This document shows, in pieces, positions 26,362 through 41,600 of a DNA stretch of 64,000 bases (positions within the stretch are counted from its first letter, which is position 1; the number at the start of each line of letters is the position of its first letter). Location of the stretch: contig JAUCBJ010009083.1 of the NCBI GenBank assembly GCA_032718475.1, positions 62,001 through 126,000 of the forward strand, given 5' to 3'. Origin of the DNA: Nemertoderma westbladi (Eukaryota; Animalia; Xenacoelomorpha). The position numbers were made by a program, and so were the translations under genes. The notes beneath the pieces are model-generated. The model searched no databases. It saw only the letters and a list, made by a program, of their open reading frames with translations, and was not told where the DNA came from.

Positions 26362-28211
26362 AATAGATAAAAAAAAATCTAACGATATACAGCAAATTAT
26401 TATCGGTACATTTAAGAAAAATATATAATAAAAAAAACATTTTTCTGAAAGCTAAAGATATGTAACGTAAAGCATATGGATTGCACCGGGTTAACCACAT
26501 AAAGTTCCGATTAATATTGATGTCAGGAGATGGCATAGCACATTCTGAGATCTTAAATTAATTGTAAACAGACAAAGCCTCCATCGTAATACCTGACAAT
26601 AATATCTATATAATAATACAATTAATAATAATACGATCTTGAAAAATCGGGTGATTGAATATCCGAAAATAGTTGCACCCGAAAAGAAATGTATTGATTA
26701 GTTCGAATTTTATAAGAAAATCCATCCAGTAATCAACTATAAATAAATTTTAATGGAATTGTTGCCTTACTATTATTTAAGTAGTGTGAAATAAAATGAT
26801 AAAGTTGCCCTAAACTCGTTTCATACATTCCCCGCTACTGCTGCATATTATACTATAAACTTTAAGAAAAAAAATTATAATTCAAAATAGCGATCCCGAA
26901 AATTACGAGAGAGGAAACCCCGGTCACGGAAATACAGAAATGTTTGATGCCGCTAAAACATTAGTCTGTACTAATAGATAAAATAAAAACAACGAAAAAC
27001 AAAACAACCTGCATATACTAGTTAGCTTAAAGAGTCAAAGAGCTATTAGATGTCAAATTCCCACCATGCAGTTGGATTGGCCACAGCAGTAACATATTAT
27101 GTGACTCGCTTAAGCACAACAGCGCGGCAAACCCGACCCTCCTGGGGCAATACAACATTTAATAGCCCAGCGTCCCACAACTTCCTACAACGATCTATAA
27201 TAGCGTACAGACATTTAAAACAATCAGAGTTTAAACCCACCTAATAACTTGGGATGGTTTAGTAAACACGAACCTAATGAAAAGACAATGAAAAGCATTT
27301 GGAATAAAACATTTTTACTGCACAATAACGGCTGTCTATAGAACTGTTTGCGAAGACTGTGTTTCTTTAGGTCCGGGTCACACATTAGCTTTTAATTTTC
27401 AACATTGAAATAAAAGATAAAACACACTGAAACTTGAATGTTTGAACCAGGACGTAACCTTACCAAACAGTAGCCCAGAAGGCCATCGCAACATTATATG
27501 ATATGTTGTAAATAATACCAGCACCGACTCACACTTATTAATTATAACGATAAGAAAGGTCCGTTATGAGTTTCTCTACGCTAAAGCTACTACAACCAAA
27601 GTACCATAAGTAATATTATAAAATAAATATACGATGGAGATGGACAATTACAAATAAATAAATATACATATATAAACATAAAAATATTCGGATTATTTTT
27701 AAGGCTTTTTCAGCCTATATTTTGAGAATTCAATTACTTAGCTATTGCAGCAATATGATGGCATATGAATAGACAAGGTAACATACCACAACGCAACACA
27801 GCTGTCCCAGTAGCAAACAATCTATTTTATTTATTACTTTTTGTTTTTCATTATTATTCATGGTGAATTAAATATAATAAATTCGCTAATCGAATACATA
27901 CACTCAACTGTTTCATCTGGGAATAAATTTATCGTTGCGAAATGGCGGGACATATTTTCCAACTTTATATGCCCCTATACACACTAAGTGTACCATGTAC
28001 ACGTTTACAATGTCACCTCGTCATACTAAATAATCGACGGGTTAAATACATGACGTTATTTGAATACAATAAATGAATAATTAATTTATAATTCCATGAA
28101 TCTATCAATTACAATAATTACGAAATAACTTGGATTCGAATCAATGAGACCACCATACACAACACAAACTATTGGTATTCACATACAGTAAAGGTAATAT
28201 CCACTACTATA

Positions 28212-29323
28212 CACTATCTCCCTTAATACAATAAACATTTTTATAAAGTCGGAGCAAACTTCGTATGAAAATAGATCGCCACCCTTACCATTTCTGACCT
28301 GGCCGAATTTTTAAATTTTCCACTTAGTAAAATGAGCCGTTAAAAATGCCTACTCTGGAGTCCCGAATAGTCGGGGTGGCTGGAATAAACGTGGTGGGTG
28401 GAAAATTTTGAAAACTTAGTTAACATAGAGTCTAGGAGGCGTACAGGTACAGTAGTACCTTCGACTACCGGTGGTATACTCGGTACACGGTTTTTGTTTT
28501 ATTTCGCTTTCAACTCTCAATTATTATGAGAACAAACGTTGATTTACTCATAATAAAAAATGTACTAAATTTTGTAGAAAAAAATATTAGTCGAGGTGTC
28601 TGGAATGAAATAATTGTGGGTGGATTTTCTTTTAAAAATTAATAGCCGTGTCGCCCCGTCTATTCGGGACTCCAGAGTACTTACGATATTTAACTATCTC
28701 TGTTGGCTTTATTTTTCGTCTTTGGAATGAAATATCGCTTTTATTAGAACCGCCGTCGTCTGTTGATTCGGAATCTGAAAACCGTTTCCAATTTAACCAA
28801 TAACTTCCGGAGATATTTCAAAGGTAAATAATACAATACATTTTGATAAGTAAATCAATATACAGTAATTCAAATGTTTTTTACTCAATTCTAGAATATT
28901 AATTACGCGTAATGAATAAACAAGATAGAGAGAGTTTTAAACGCTCAGCTTAATAATAATTAATATTCTAGAATAAAGAAAAAAATATTATAATTATACA
29001 CCTTAGTATTTTGATAATATCTTTGGCATTTTTTTGTTAAATTTAAAACGGTTTTCAGATTCGGTTTTAATGATATCTTACAGTCTTACACCCCAAAGCC
29101 GATGGAGGTGGGTTCATATTGCTAAATAGCCATTTTTAACGGCTCGCTGTAGCAAAATAATTGGAAAATTTTAAATCCGACCCTCCAAGAAGCAGTAAGA
29201 AAAGGTGTTGAACTATTTCCATAATAAATTTCATAGCATTCAATTGAAATTTTAAAATAATAGGGGTGGGGGGGGGGGGGCTCCGACTTGCTAAAAATGG
29301 TTGTTGTATTAAGGGAGATGGTG
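28212..29323. mobile_element. Foldback non-autonomous Tc1/mariner-type element
   Basis: TIR CACYATCTCCCTTAATACAA flanked by TA. Further internal inverted matches (GAGCCGTTAAAAATG, GAATCTGAAAACCGTTT, ATTCTAGAATATTAATTA). Confidence 0.8.
28353..28677. mobile_element. Nested Tc1/mariner/pogo-type MITE
   Basis: Perfect TIR CTCTGGAGTCCCGAATAG with TA on both sides. Confidence 0.88.
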
Positions 29324-29437
29324 TAATATAATAATTAATATGATGAAAGTATATTTTTGCAGTTGGGTTGTCCTAGAAATTTATTAATATATATGCAATC
29401 TCCTGGAGTAGTGTGTAATATTTATTTGTTTTAACTA

Positions 29438-29560
29438 CACCATATCCCTTAATACAACAACCATTTAACCATTTTTAGCAAGTTAGAGCCCACCTCTCCC
29501 CCCCCCCCCCCCCCTAATTTTATTATTGATTGAATTATTGTTGAAATAAGGGCGATGGTG
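29438..29560. mobile_element. Short derivative of the 28212-29323 family
   Basis: TA-CACCATATCCCTTAAT ... ATAAGGGCGATGGTG-TA. Confidence 0.7.
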
Positions 29561-29866
29561 TATTTAAAACAAATAAGTCGTGGAAAGGAAACAGTGCCAT
29601 CTGTTTTTATAATTTTTATAATTATTTTGTTTATATTGTATTTTTAGAAATACACAGATTAGACACATCAGTATGAGTGATAATAATACATTTTAGTTGA
29701 AACGAATCGAAAATAATCGTTTAATTGTAATTATTTAATTGTAATTAATTGTAATTGAAATTAATCGTAATTAATTGGTTGGTATCGATTATTACACAAA
29801 AAATAAAACAAATTAATTTTATACTATTTTAAATTGAACTTTACCTCACACTGAAACCACACGCTT

Positions 29867-31744
29867 CTAGGCGCGATGGAATCCTAACTCATTCACATGG
29901 CTGTTCCCCCTGCCGTTAGCGTCCCCCCCAGCCGACTCAGTTTGCCCCCTTTCCTTCCCCCCTCTCCCCACGGTTAGCAACTCGACCGATTCCACACCGG
30001 CGATCCCATCGTCACCCCACTCTTCGTCGTCGCTCGGACCACGAACTCCGGAGTACCACTGATTCGTTAAATGTTTCATCTTCATCTGACCGCGACGTAA
30101 ATCTTCGATAGTAAATCGCCGAGTGAAAAACGGCTTGAGATACAAAGCGTCTAGTTTCATAAACCCCTTAAGGTTGGGTTTAGTTATTGTTATTTCTATA
30201 GGGTCCTCTTCTACGGTCGTTAGATCAGAAAGTGCGTCGGCCTCGACAGCGGATCCTATCTCTTCAGTTTTACTCAAGGAGACCGCTTTAGGTCTCGAGT
30301 TCGTCCCTAGAGATACAGTTCGAGGGCGCAGCACCTTCATAAGCGGCATCGTGGAGCCGCCCAACACGAGGATGGTGAAGAGAATGAGGATGAGAGTGGT
30401 CGTTACGATAACGTGTCGTTTCTCGTCCGCGAGTTCGAGGTGGAGACTAAGAGCGAACGCGATCGCGCCTCTGAGTCCACTGAACCACATCACGAATTGC
30501 ATCTTACCTGTTATCTTATGATCCCGGAAGTAGTTAAGAACCCAGGAGAGCGGGAATATGTTAGCGGCACGTCCGAATAGTAGGAGAACGATGCTCCAGA
30601 TGATGAAGGGGAATTTAAACATGTGTTTGAAGGAGAATATAGCGAGTCCGAGGTAGGCGAAAACACACGTCTCGCTGATAAACGCGACGGTTCGCAGTGT
30701 TTGTTGGACGGTTATCTGGGTTACCGGGCTCAGGTTGAAATGGGTGTAGTGAGACATAACTATACCGCAGAAAAGAATAGCCATAATTCCGGAAAGTCGT
30801 AGTCCTTCTGCTAATCCGTAGGGGAGATATGCGAATATAAAGATGAGTCCGAATTCGAGACTAGGTGAAGATCGTAAGTCGATGAATTTCGAGATTATCG
30901 CGGATAAAACCCCGAAGATGACCCCGATAAACCCGGAAACAAAGAACATTAGGCAGAAATCGCCGACGCCTTTAATGAAAGTGGCGCTGCCCGTTAATAT
31001 AGCGTTTTCTGGGAGGTTTAACTCAACTATAGTCGTGGCTAATACGATAGCGACAGCGTCGTTTAGGATACTCTCCCCGAACACGAGCATATAAAGAGTG
31101 GGGTCAACGTCGATGGCTTGGAAGATCGCGAGAGTTGCGACCGGGTCCACGGCGGAAACGAGAGAACCAAACGCGAAACTCTCAACCGGACTTAGTTGGA
31201 AGACAACGCCTGCGACGCCTAGAAGGTAAATCCCACCGCCCATAACGGCTGCCGAAACCGCTGTCCCTACGATAGCGAACACTAGGATAGATCCGATGTT
31301 CTGGAAGAAGTTCCCTTTGTGTAAACTGTAACCCGATTCGAATATAATAGGAGGGAGGAGAAGAAGAAAGAATGTCGTTGGACTAAAGGCCTCGGTTTTT
31401 GACCAGTTGCCAAGTTGCGCGTTCGCTATGAGTTTCATGATGAGGCCGATCAGCGCTCCAAGGAACACGACAGCGATGCTTTCGGGGAGGTAATGGAACT
31501 TGAGTTTGATTAAGGCATGAGTAAGCATGATGCAGAGCCCGATGACAAATAGAATGAAGAATATGGTCATACTGCTAGAATGTTCTTGTTCCTGTTCGGA
31601 ATGAGGGTTCGCGACAAGATCAACTCCGCCCGATTCATCCTCCTCTGTGGTCGAAGCGATGACGGTTGCGGTGTCCAATATAGAGGAGTTTATTAGTTGT
31701 GTTAGATTAGAAATCGAATTGTTTAAAGTCGTTGCATCACCCAT
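29867..31744 (-). CDS. SLC9A8: Sodium/hydrogen exchanger 8-like, single-exon CDS
   Basis: FFLLLLPPIIFESGYSLHKGNFFQNIGSI, SAVDPVATLAIF, VFGESILNDAVAIVL, WFSGLRGAI and LKPFFTRRFT match NHE8. First ATG at 31744 (625 aa); the track start at 31801 is GTG. Confidence 0.96.
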   Translation of the reverse strand: MGDATTLNNSISNLTQLINSSILDTATVIASTTEEDESGGVDLVANPHSEQEQEHSSSMTIFFILFVIGLCIMLTHALIKLKFHYLPESIAVVFLGALIGLIMKLIANAQLGNWSKTEAFSPTTFFLLLLPPIIFESGYSLHKGNFFQNIGSILVFAIVGTAVSAAVMGGGIYLLGVAGVVFQLSPVESFAFGSLVSAVDPVATLAIFQAIDVDPTLYMLVFGESILNDAVAIVLATTIVELNLPENAILTGSATFIKGVGDFCLMFFVSGFIGVIFGVLSAIISKFIDLRSSPSLEFGLIFIFAYLPYGLAEGLRLSGIMAILFCGIVMSHYTHFNLSPVTQITVQQTLRTVAFISETCVFAYLGLAIFSFKHMFKFPFIIWSIVLLLFGRAANIFPLSWVLNYFRDHKITGKMQFVMWFSGLRGAIAFALSLHLELADEKRHVIVTTTLILILFTILVLGGSTMPLMKVLRPRTVSLGTNSRPKAVSLSKTEEIGSAVEADALSDLTTVEEDPIEITITKPNLKGFMKLDALYLKPFFTRRFTIEDLRRGQMKMKHLTNQWYSGVRGPSDDEEWGDDGIAGVESVELLTVGRGGKERGQTESAGGDANGRGNSHVNELGFHRA

Positions 31745-32076
31745 TGTCAGATTGTTATAATGAAGTTTCCTGGTTTCGATAATAATAATGCAGTAATGCA
31801 CTGATACTGTGATATCCAGATATCTGGAAATAAGATGTGCAGCAGTACAGCAGTATGCAGGTACAGACTGAGAGTGACAGACAGACAGAGCAGCAGAGGT
31901 ATTATTGATTATGGTACTGGCTGACTGGTACAGTGCAGCTGTAATGCAGTAATGGTCTAGTGTAGTAGTGGTAGGATCACCGGATTATATTACGTACGTG
32001 TCCAGCGTAACTGACTAACTGCCATACTAATGAATCACTGACTGACTGAATGATAACAATTCATTTATTATTATTA

Positions 32077-32545
32077 TTGGTGCTGCAGTAGCAAATATTT
32101 ATTACTACAGTACTAAAACTGTCATTTCATTGGCCGATATAATTCAATGATTCCCCAATCAGAAGGAGCAGCCTAAGCAGGGTTGAATAGAAGGGCAAGC
32201 ATAAAGCGGGGTTAAATTGGCTGTTATGTGGAATACAATTCCACCAATCAGATCTTAGGAATCATAATGGTTTGTGACTACCTAAACACTGTTTGTGTTC
32301 TCTAGCATTAATCTAACAGTAAGAGTGCATGGCAATGGCAATGCAGCAATGTAAATGGCAAACCCACAGTGAGATTAGTGAGAATTGTAACCCACATAAC
32401 AACAACGAATAAAACCGGCTTTGGCTGTCCTTGCCTTTATTAAACTGCGGATTCTACTGTAAGTGGGAATTCATTTAATTATATCGGCCAATGAAATGAC
32501 AGTTTAATACTGCAGTAATAAATATTTGCTACTGCAGTAACAAAT
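32077..32545. mobile_element. MITE-like inverted repeat upstream of NHE8
   Basis: ~80 bp arms (CTGCAGTAGCAAATATTTATTAC...AAACTGTCATTTCATTGGCCGATATAATT) at 32077-32157 and 32464-32545. Confidence 0.75.
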
Positions 32546-32624
32546 AATTACTACTGCAGTAACAAATATTTGTTACTGCAGAAATAAATTTTTTTTTACT
32601 GCAGTTGTTATATATATTAGAACT

Positions 32625-35600
32625 AGAACCTGTGACATACTATTGGAACCTGCAACCTACTATCAGAACCTGTGATATACTATTGGAACCTGTGATCTAC
32701 TGCTACTATCGGAACCTGTGATATACTATCGGAACCTGTGACCTACTATCGGAACCTGTGACCTACTATCGGAACCTATGATATACTATCGGAACCTGTG
32801 ACCTACTATCGGAACCTGTGATATACTATCAGAACCATTGATATACTATCGGAACCTGTGAAATACTATCGGAACCTGTTACCTCTATCAGAACCTGTGA
32901 TATACTATTAGAACCTGTGATATACTATCGGAACCTGTGATATACTATCAGAACCTATGATATACTATCGGAACCTGTGATATACTATCGGAACCTGTGA
33001 TATACTATCGGAACCTGTGAAATACTATCGGAACCTGTGATATACTATCAGAACCTATGATATACTATTGGAACCTGTGATATACTATCGGAACCTGTGA
33101 CCTACTATCAGAACAACCTGTGATATAAAATCGGAACCTGTGATATACAATCGGAACCTGTGAAATACTATCGGAACCTGTGATATACTATCAGAACCTA
33201 TGATGTGATATACTATCGGAACCTGCGATATACTATCGGAACCTGTGACCTACTATCAGAACAACTGTGATATAAAATCGGAACCTGTGATATACAATCG
33301 GAACCTGTGATATACTATCGGAACCTGTGATATACTATAGGAACGTGTGACCTACTATCAGAACAACCTGTGATATAAAATCGGAACCTGTGATATACTA
33401 TCGGAACCAGTAAAATTACTATCGGAACCTGTGATATACTATCGGAACCTTTGATATACTATCGAAACATGTAACCTATTACCGGAACCTGTGATATACT
33501 ATCAGAACCTGTGATATACTATCGGAACCTGCGATATACTATCAGAACCTGTTGTATACTGTTGGGACCTGTGATATACTGTCGGAACCTGTGGTATACA
33601 ATCGGAACCTGTGATATACTGTCGGAACCTGTGATATACTATCAGAACCTGTGGTATACAATCGGAACCTGTGATATACTATCAAAACCTGTGATATACT
33701 GTTGGAACCTGTGATATACTATCGGAACATGTAACCTATTACCGGAACCTGTGATATACTATCAGAACCTGTGATATACTATAGGAACATGTAACCTATT
33801 ACCGGAACCTGTGATATACTATCAGAACCTGTGATATACTATCGGAACCTGTGATATACTATCGGAACCTGTGATATACTATCGGAACATGTAACCTATT
33901 ACCGGAACCTGTGATATACTATCAGAACCTGTGATATACTATCGGAACCTGTGATATACTATCAGAACCTGTGATATACTATCGGAACCTGTGATATACT
34001 ATCGGAACCTGTGATATACTGTCGGAACCTGTGATATACTATCGGAACCTGTGATATACTATCGGAACCTGTGATATACTATCGGAGCCAGTAAAATTAC
34101 TATCGGAACCTGTGATATACTATCGGAACCTTTGATATACTATCGGAACATGTAACCTATTACCGGAACCTGTGATATACTATCAGAACCTGTGATATAC
34201 TATCGGAACCTGTGATATACTATCAGAACCTGTGATATACTATCGGAACCTGTGATATACTGTCGGAACCTGTGATATACTATCAGAACCTGTGGTATAC
34301 AATCGGAACCAGTGATATACTATCGGAACCTGTGATATACTATCAGAACGTGTGATATACTATCGGAACCTGTGATATACTATCGGAACCTGTGATATAC
34401 TATCAGAACCTGTGATATACTATCGGAACCTGTGATATACTGTCGGAACCTGTGATATACTATCATAACCTGTGGTATACAATCAGAACCTGTGATATAC
34501 TATCGGAACCTTTGATATACTATCAGAACCTGTGCCATTCTGTTGGAACCTGTGATATACTGTCGGAACCAGTAAAATTACTATCGGAACCTGTGAAATA
34601 CTATCAGTACTTAGGTGATATACAGACAGAACCTGTGATATACAATCAGAACCTGTGATATACAATCGGAACCTGTGATATACTATCAAAACCTGTGATA
34701 TACTATCAGAACCTGTGATATAATATCGGAACCTGTGATATACTATCGGAACCAGTAAAATTACTATCGGAACCTGTGATATACTATCGGAACCTTTGAT
34801 ATACTATCGGAACATGTAACCTATTACCGGAACCTGTGATATACTATCAGAACCTGTGATATACTATCGGAACCTGTGATATACTATCAGAACCTGTGAT
34901 ATACTATCGGAACCTGTGATATACTGTCGGAACCTGTGATATACTATCAGAACCTGTGGTATACAATCGGAACCAGTGATATACTATCGGGACCTGTGAT
35001 ATACTTTCAGAACGTGTGATATACTATCGGAACCTGTGATATACTATCGGAACCTGTGATATACTATCAGAACCTGTGATATACTATCGGAACCTGTGAT
35101 ATACTGTCGGAACCTGTGATATACTATCATAACCTGTGGTATACAATCAGAACCTGTGATATACTATCGGAACCTTTGATATACTATCAGAACCTGTGCC
35201 ATTCTGTTGGAACCTGTGATATACTGTCGGAACCAGTAAAATTACTATCGGAACCTGTGAAATACTATCAGTACTTAGGTGATATACAGACAGAACCTGT
35301 GATATACAATCAGAACCTGTGATATACAATCGGAACCTGTGATATACTATCAAAACCTGTGATATACTATCAGAACCTGTGATATACTGTCGGAACCAGT
35401 AAAATTACTATCGGAACCTGTGAAATACTATCAGTACCTAGGTGATATACAGACAGAACCTGTGATATACAATCAGAACCTGTGATATACAATCGGAACC
35501 AGTGATATACTATCGGAACCTGTGATATACTATCAGAACCTGTTGTATACTGTTGGAACCTGTGATATACTGTCGGAACCTGTGATATACTATCAGAACC

Positions 35601-38600
35601 TGTTGTATACTGTTGGAACATGTGACCTACTATCGGAACCTGTGATATACTATCGGAACCTGTGACCTACTATCGGAACCTGTGATATACTATCAGAACC
35701 AATGATATACTATCGGAACCTGTGAAATACTATATGAACCTGTTACCTACTATCAGAACCTGTGATATACTATTAGAACCTGTGATATACTATCGGAACC
35801 TGTGATATACTATCAGAACCTCTGATATACTATCGGAACCTGTGATATACTATCGGAACCTGTGATATACTATCGGAACCTGTGAAATACTATCGGAACC
35901 TGTGATATACTATCAGAACCTATGATATACTATCGGAACCTGTGATATACTATCGGAACCTGTGACCTACTATCAGAACAACCTGTGATATAAAATCGGA
36001 ACCTGTGATATACAATCGGAACCTGTGAAATACTATCGGAACCTGTGATATACTATCAGAACCTATGATGTGATATACTATCGGAACCAATGATGTGATA
36101 TACTATCGGAACCTGTGACCTACTATCAGAACAACTGTGATATAAAATCGGAACCTGTGATATACAATCGGAACCTGTGATATACTATCGGAACCTGTGA
36201 TATACTATAGGAACCTTTGATATACTATCGGAACATGTAACCTATTACCGGAACCTGTGATATACTATCAGAACCTGTGATATACTATCGGAACCTGTGA
36301 TATACTATAGGAACGTGTGACCTACTATCAGAACAACCTGTGATATAAAATCGGAACCTGTGATATACTATCGGAACCAGTAAAATTACTATCGGAACCT
36401 GTGATATACTATCGGAACCTTTGATATACTATCGGAACATGTAACCTATTACCGGAACCTGTGATATACTATCAGAACCTGTGATATACTATCGGAACCT
36501 GTGATATACTATAGGAACGTGTGACCTACTATCAGAACAACCTGTGATATAAAATCGGAACCTGTGATATACTATCGGAACCAGTAAAATTACTATCGGA
36601 ACCTGTGATATACTATCGGAACCTTTGATATACTATCGGAACATGTAACCTATTACCGGAACCTGTGATATACTATCAGAACCTGTGATATACTATCGGA
36701 ACCTGCGATATACTATAAGAACATGTTGTATACTGTTGGGACCTGTGATATACTGTCGGAACCTGTGGTATACAATCGGAACCTGTGATATGCTGTCGGA
36801 ACCTGTGACCTACTATCAGAACAACCTGTGATATAAAATCGGAACCTGTGATATACAATCGGAACCTGTGAAATACTATCGGAACCTGTGATATACTATC
36901 GGAACCTGTGACCTACTATCAGAACAACCTGTGATATAAAATCGGAACCTGTGATATACAATCGGAACCTGTGAAATACTATCGGAACCTGTGATATACT
37001 ATCAGAACCTATGATGTGATATAAAATCGGAACCTGTGATATACAATCGGAACCTGTGAAATACTATCGGAACCTGTGATATACTATCGGAACCTGTGAC
37101 CTACTATCAGAACAACCTGTGATATAAAATCGGAACCTGTGATATACAATCGGAACCTGTGAAATACTATCGGAACCTGTGATATACTATCAGAACCTAT
37201 GATGTGATATACTATCGGAACCTGTGATATACTATCGGAACCTGTGACCTACTATCAGAACAACTGTGATATAAAATCGGAACCTGTGATATACAATTGG
37301 AACCTGTGATATACTATCGGAACCTGTGATATACTATAGGAACGTGTGACCTACTATCAGAACAACCTGTGATATAAAATCGGAACCTGTGATATACTAT
37401 CGGAACCAGTAAAATTACTATCGGAACCTGTGATATACTATCGGAACCTTTGATATACTATCGGAACATGTAACCTATTACCGGAACCTGTGATATACTA
37501 TCAGAACCTGTGATATACTATCGGAACCTGTGATATACTATCAGAACCTGTGATATACTATCGGAACCTGTGATATACTGTCGGAACCTGTGATATACTA
37601 TCAGAACCTGTGGTATACAATCGGAACCAGTGATATACTATCGGGACCTGTGATATACTTTCAGAACGTGTGATATACTATCGGAACCTGTGATATACTA
37701 TCGGAACCTGTGATATACTATCAGAACCTGTGATATACTGTCGGAACCTGTGAAATACTATCGGAACCTGTGAAATACTATCGGAACCTTTGATATACTA
37801 TCAGAACCTGTGCCATTCTGTTGGAACCTGTGATATACTGTCGGAACCAGTAAAATTACTATCGGAACCTGTGAAATACTATCAGTACTTAGGTGATATA
37901 CAGACAGAACCTGTGATATACAATCAGAACCTGTGATATACAATCGGAACCTGTGATATACTATCAAAACCTGTGATATACTATCAGAACCTGTGATATA
38001 CTGTCGGAACCAGTAAAATTACTATCGGAACCTGTGAAATACTATCAGTACCTAGGTGATATACAGACAGAACCTGTGATATACAATCAGAACCTGTGAT
38101 ATACAATCGGAACCAGTGATATACTATCGGAACCTGTGATATACTATCAGAACCTGTTGTATACTGTTGGAACCTGTGATATACTGTCGGAACCTGTGAT
38201 ATACTATCAGAACCTGTTGTATACTGTTGGAACATGTGACCTACTATCGGAACCTGTGATATACTATCGGAACCTGTGACCTACTATCGGAACCTGTGAT
38301 ATACTATCAGAACCAATGATATACTATCGGAACCTGTGAAATACTATATGAACCTGTTACCTACTATCAGAACCTGTGATATACTATTAGAACCTGTGAT
38401 ATACTATCGGAACCTGTGATATACTATCAGAACCTCTGATATACTATCGGAACCTGTGATATACTATCGGAACCTGTGATATACTATCGGAACCTGTGAA
38501 ATACTATCGGAACCTGTGATATACTATCAGAACCTATGATATACTATCGGAACCTGTGATATACTATCGGAACCTGTGACCTACTATCAGAACAACCTGT

Positions 38601-41600
38601 GATATAAAATCGGAACCTGTGATATACAATCGGAACCTGTGAAATACTATCGGAACCTGTGATATACTATCAGAACCTATGATGTGATATACTATCGGAA
38701 CCAATGATGTGATATACTATCGGAACCTGTGACCTACTATCAGAACAACTGTGATATAAAATCGGAACCTGTGATATACAATCGGAACCTGTGATATACT
38801 ATCGGAACCTGTGATATACTATAGGAACCTTTGATATACTATCGGAACATGTAACCTATTACCGGAACCTGTGATATACTATCAGAACCTGTGATATACT
38901 ATCGGAACCTGTGATATACTATAGGAACGTGTGACCTACTATCAGAACAACCTGTGATATAAAATCGGAACCTGTGATATACTATCGGAACCAGTAAAAT
39001 TACTATCGGAACCTGTGATATACTATCGGAACCTTTGATATACTATCGGAACATGTAACCTATTACCGGAACCTGTGATATACTATCAGAACCTGTGATA
39101 TACTATCGGAACCTGTGATATACTATAGGAACGTGTGACCTACTATCAGAACAACCTGTGATATAAAATCGGAACCTGTGATATACTATCGGAACCAGTA
39201 AAATTACTATCGGAACCTGTGATATACTATCGGAACCTTTGATATACTATCGGAACATGTAACCTATTACCGGAACCTGTGATATACTATCAGAACCTGT
39301 GATATACTATCGGAACCTGCGATATACTATAAGAACATGTTGTATACTGTTGGGACCTGTGATATACTGTCGGAACCTGTGGTATACAATCGGAACCTGT
39401 GATATGCTGTCGGAACCTGTGACCTACTATCAGAACAACCTGTGATATAAAATCGGAACCTGTGATATACAATCGGAACCTGTGAAATACTATCGGAACC
39501 TGTGATATACTATCGGAACCTGTGACCTACTATCAGAACAACCTGTGATATAAAATCGGAACCTGTGATATACAATCGGAACCTGTGAAATACTATCGGA
39601 ACCTGTGATATACTATCAGAACCTATGATGTGATATACTATCGGAACCTGTGATATACTATCGGAACCTGTGACCTACTATCAGAACAACTGTGATATAA
39701 AATCGGAACCTGTGATATACAATTGGAACCTGTGATATACTATCGGAACCTGTGATATACTATAGGAACGTGTGACCTACTATCAGAACAACCTGTGATA
39801 TAAAATCGGAACCTGTGATATACTATCGGAACCAGTAAAATTACTATCGGAACCTGTGATATACTATCGGAACCTTTGATATACTATCGGAACATGTAAC
39901 CTATTACCGGAACCTGTGATATACTATCAGAACCTGTGATATACTATCGGAACCGGCGATATACTATCAGAACCTGTTGTATACTGTTGGGACCTGTGAT
40001 ATACTGTCGGAACCTGTGGTATACAATCGGAACCTGTGATATGCTGTCGGAACCTGTGATATACTATCAGAACCTGTGATATACTGTCGGAACCTGTGAA
40101 ATACTATCGGAACCTGTGAAATACTATCGGAACCTGTGATATACTATCAAAACCTGTGATATACTGTTGGAACCTGTGATATACTGTCGGAACCAGTAAA
40201 ATTACTATCGGAACCAATGATATACTATCAGTACCTAGGTGATATACAGTCAGAACCTGTGATATACAATCAGAACCTGTGATATACAATCGGAACCTGT
40301 GATATACTATCAAAATCTGTGATATACTGTTGGAACCTGTGATATACTGTCGGAACCAGTAAAATTACTATCGAAACCTGTGATATACTATCACTACCTA
40401 GATGATATACAGTCAGAACCTGTGATACACAATCAGAACCTGTGGTATACAATCGGAACCTGTGCTATACTGTCGGAACCTGTGATATACTATCAGAACC
40501 TGTGGTATACAATCGGAACCTGTGATATACTATCAAAACCTGTGATATACTGTTGGAATCTGTGATATACTGTCGGAACCAGTAAAATTACTATCGGAAC
40601 CAATGATATACTATCAGTACCTAGGTGATATACAGTCAGAACCTGTGATATACAATCAGAACCTGTGATATACAATCGGAACCTGTGATATACTATCAAA
40701 ACCTGTGATATACTCTTGGAACCTGTGATATACTGTCGGAACCAGTAAAATTAATATCGAAACCTGTGATATACTATCACTACCTAGGTGATATACAGTC
40801 AGAACCTGTGATACACAATCAGAACCTGTGATATACAATCGGAACCTGTGATATACTATCAAAACCTGTGATATACTGTCGGAACATGTGATATAAAATC
40901 GGAACCTGTGATATACTATCAAAACCTGTGATATACTATCGGAACCTGTGAAATACTATCGGAACCTGTGATATACTATCAAAACCTGTGATATGCTGTT
41001 GGAACCTGTGATATACTGTCGGAACCAGTAAAATTACTATCGAAACCTGTGATATACTATCACTACCTAGGTGATATACAGTCAGAACCTGTGATACACA
41101 ATCAGAACCTGTGATATACAATCGGAACCTGTGATATACTATCAAAACCTGTGATATACTGTCGGGACATGTGATATAAAATCGGAACCTGTGATATACT
41201 ATCAGAACATGTAACCTATTAAAGGAACCTGTGATATACTATCAGAACCTGTGATATACTATCGTAACCTATGATATACTGTCGGAACCTGTGATATACT
41301 ATCGGAACCTGTGATATCCTATCGGAACATGTAACCTATTACCGGAACCTGTGATATACTATCAGAACCTGTGATATACTATCGGAACCTGTGATATACT
41401 ATAGGAACCTTTGATATACTATCGGAACATGTAACCTATTACCGGAACCTGTGATATACTATCAGAACCTGTGATATACTATCGGAACCTGTGATATACT
41501 ATCAGAACCTGTGATATACTATCGGAACCTGTGATATACTGTCGGAACCTGTGATATACTATCAGAACCTGTGGTATACAATCGGAACCTGTGATATACT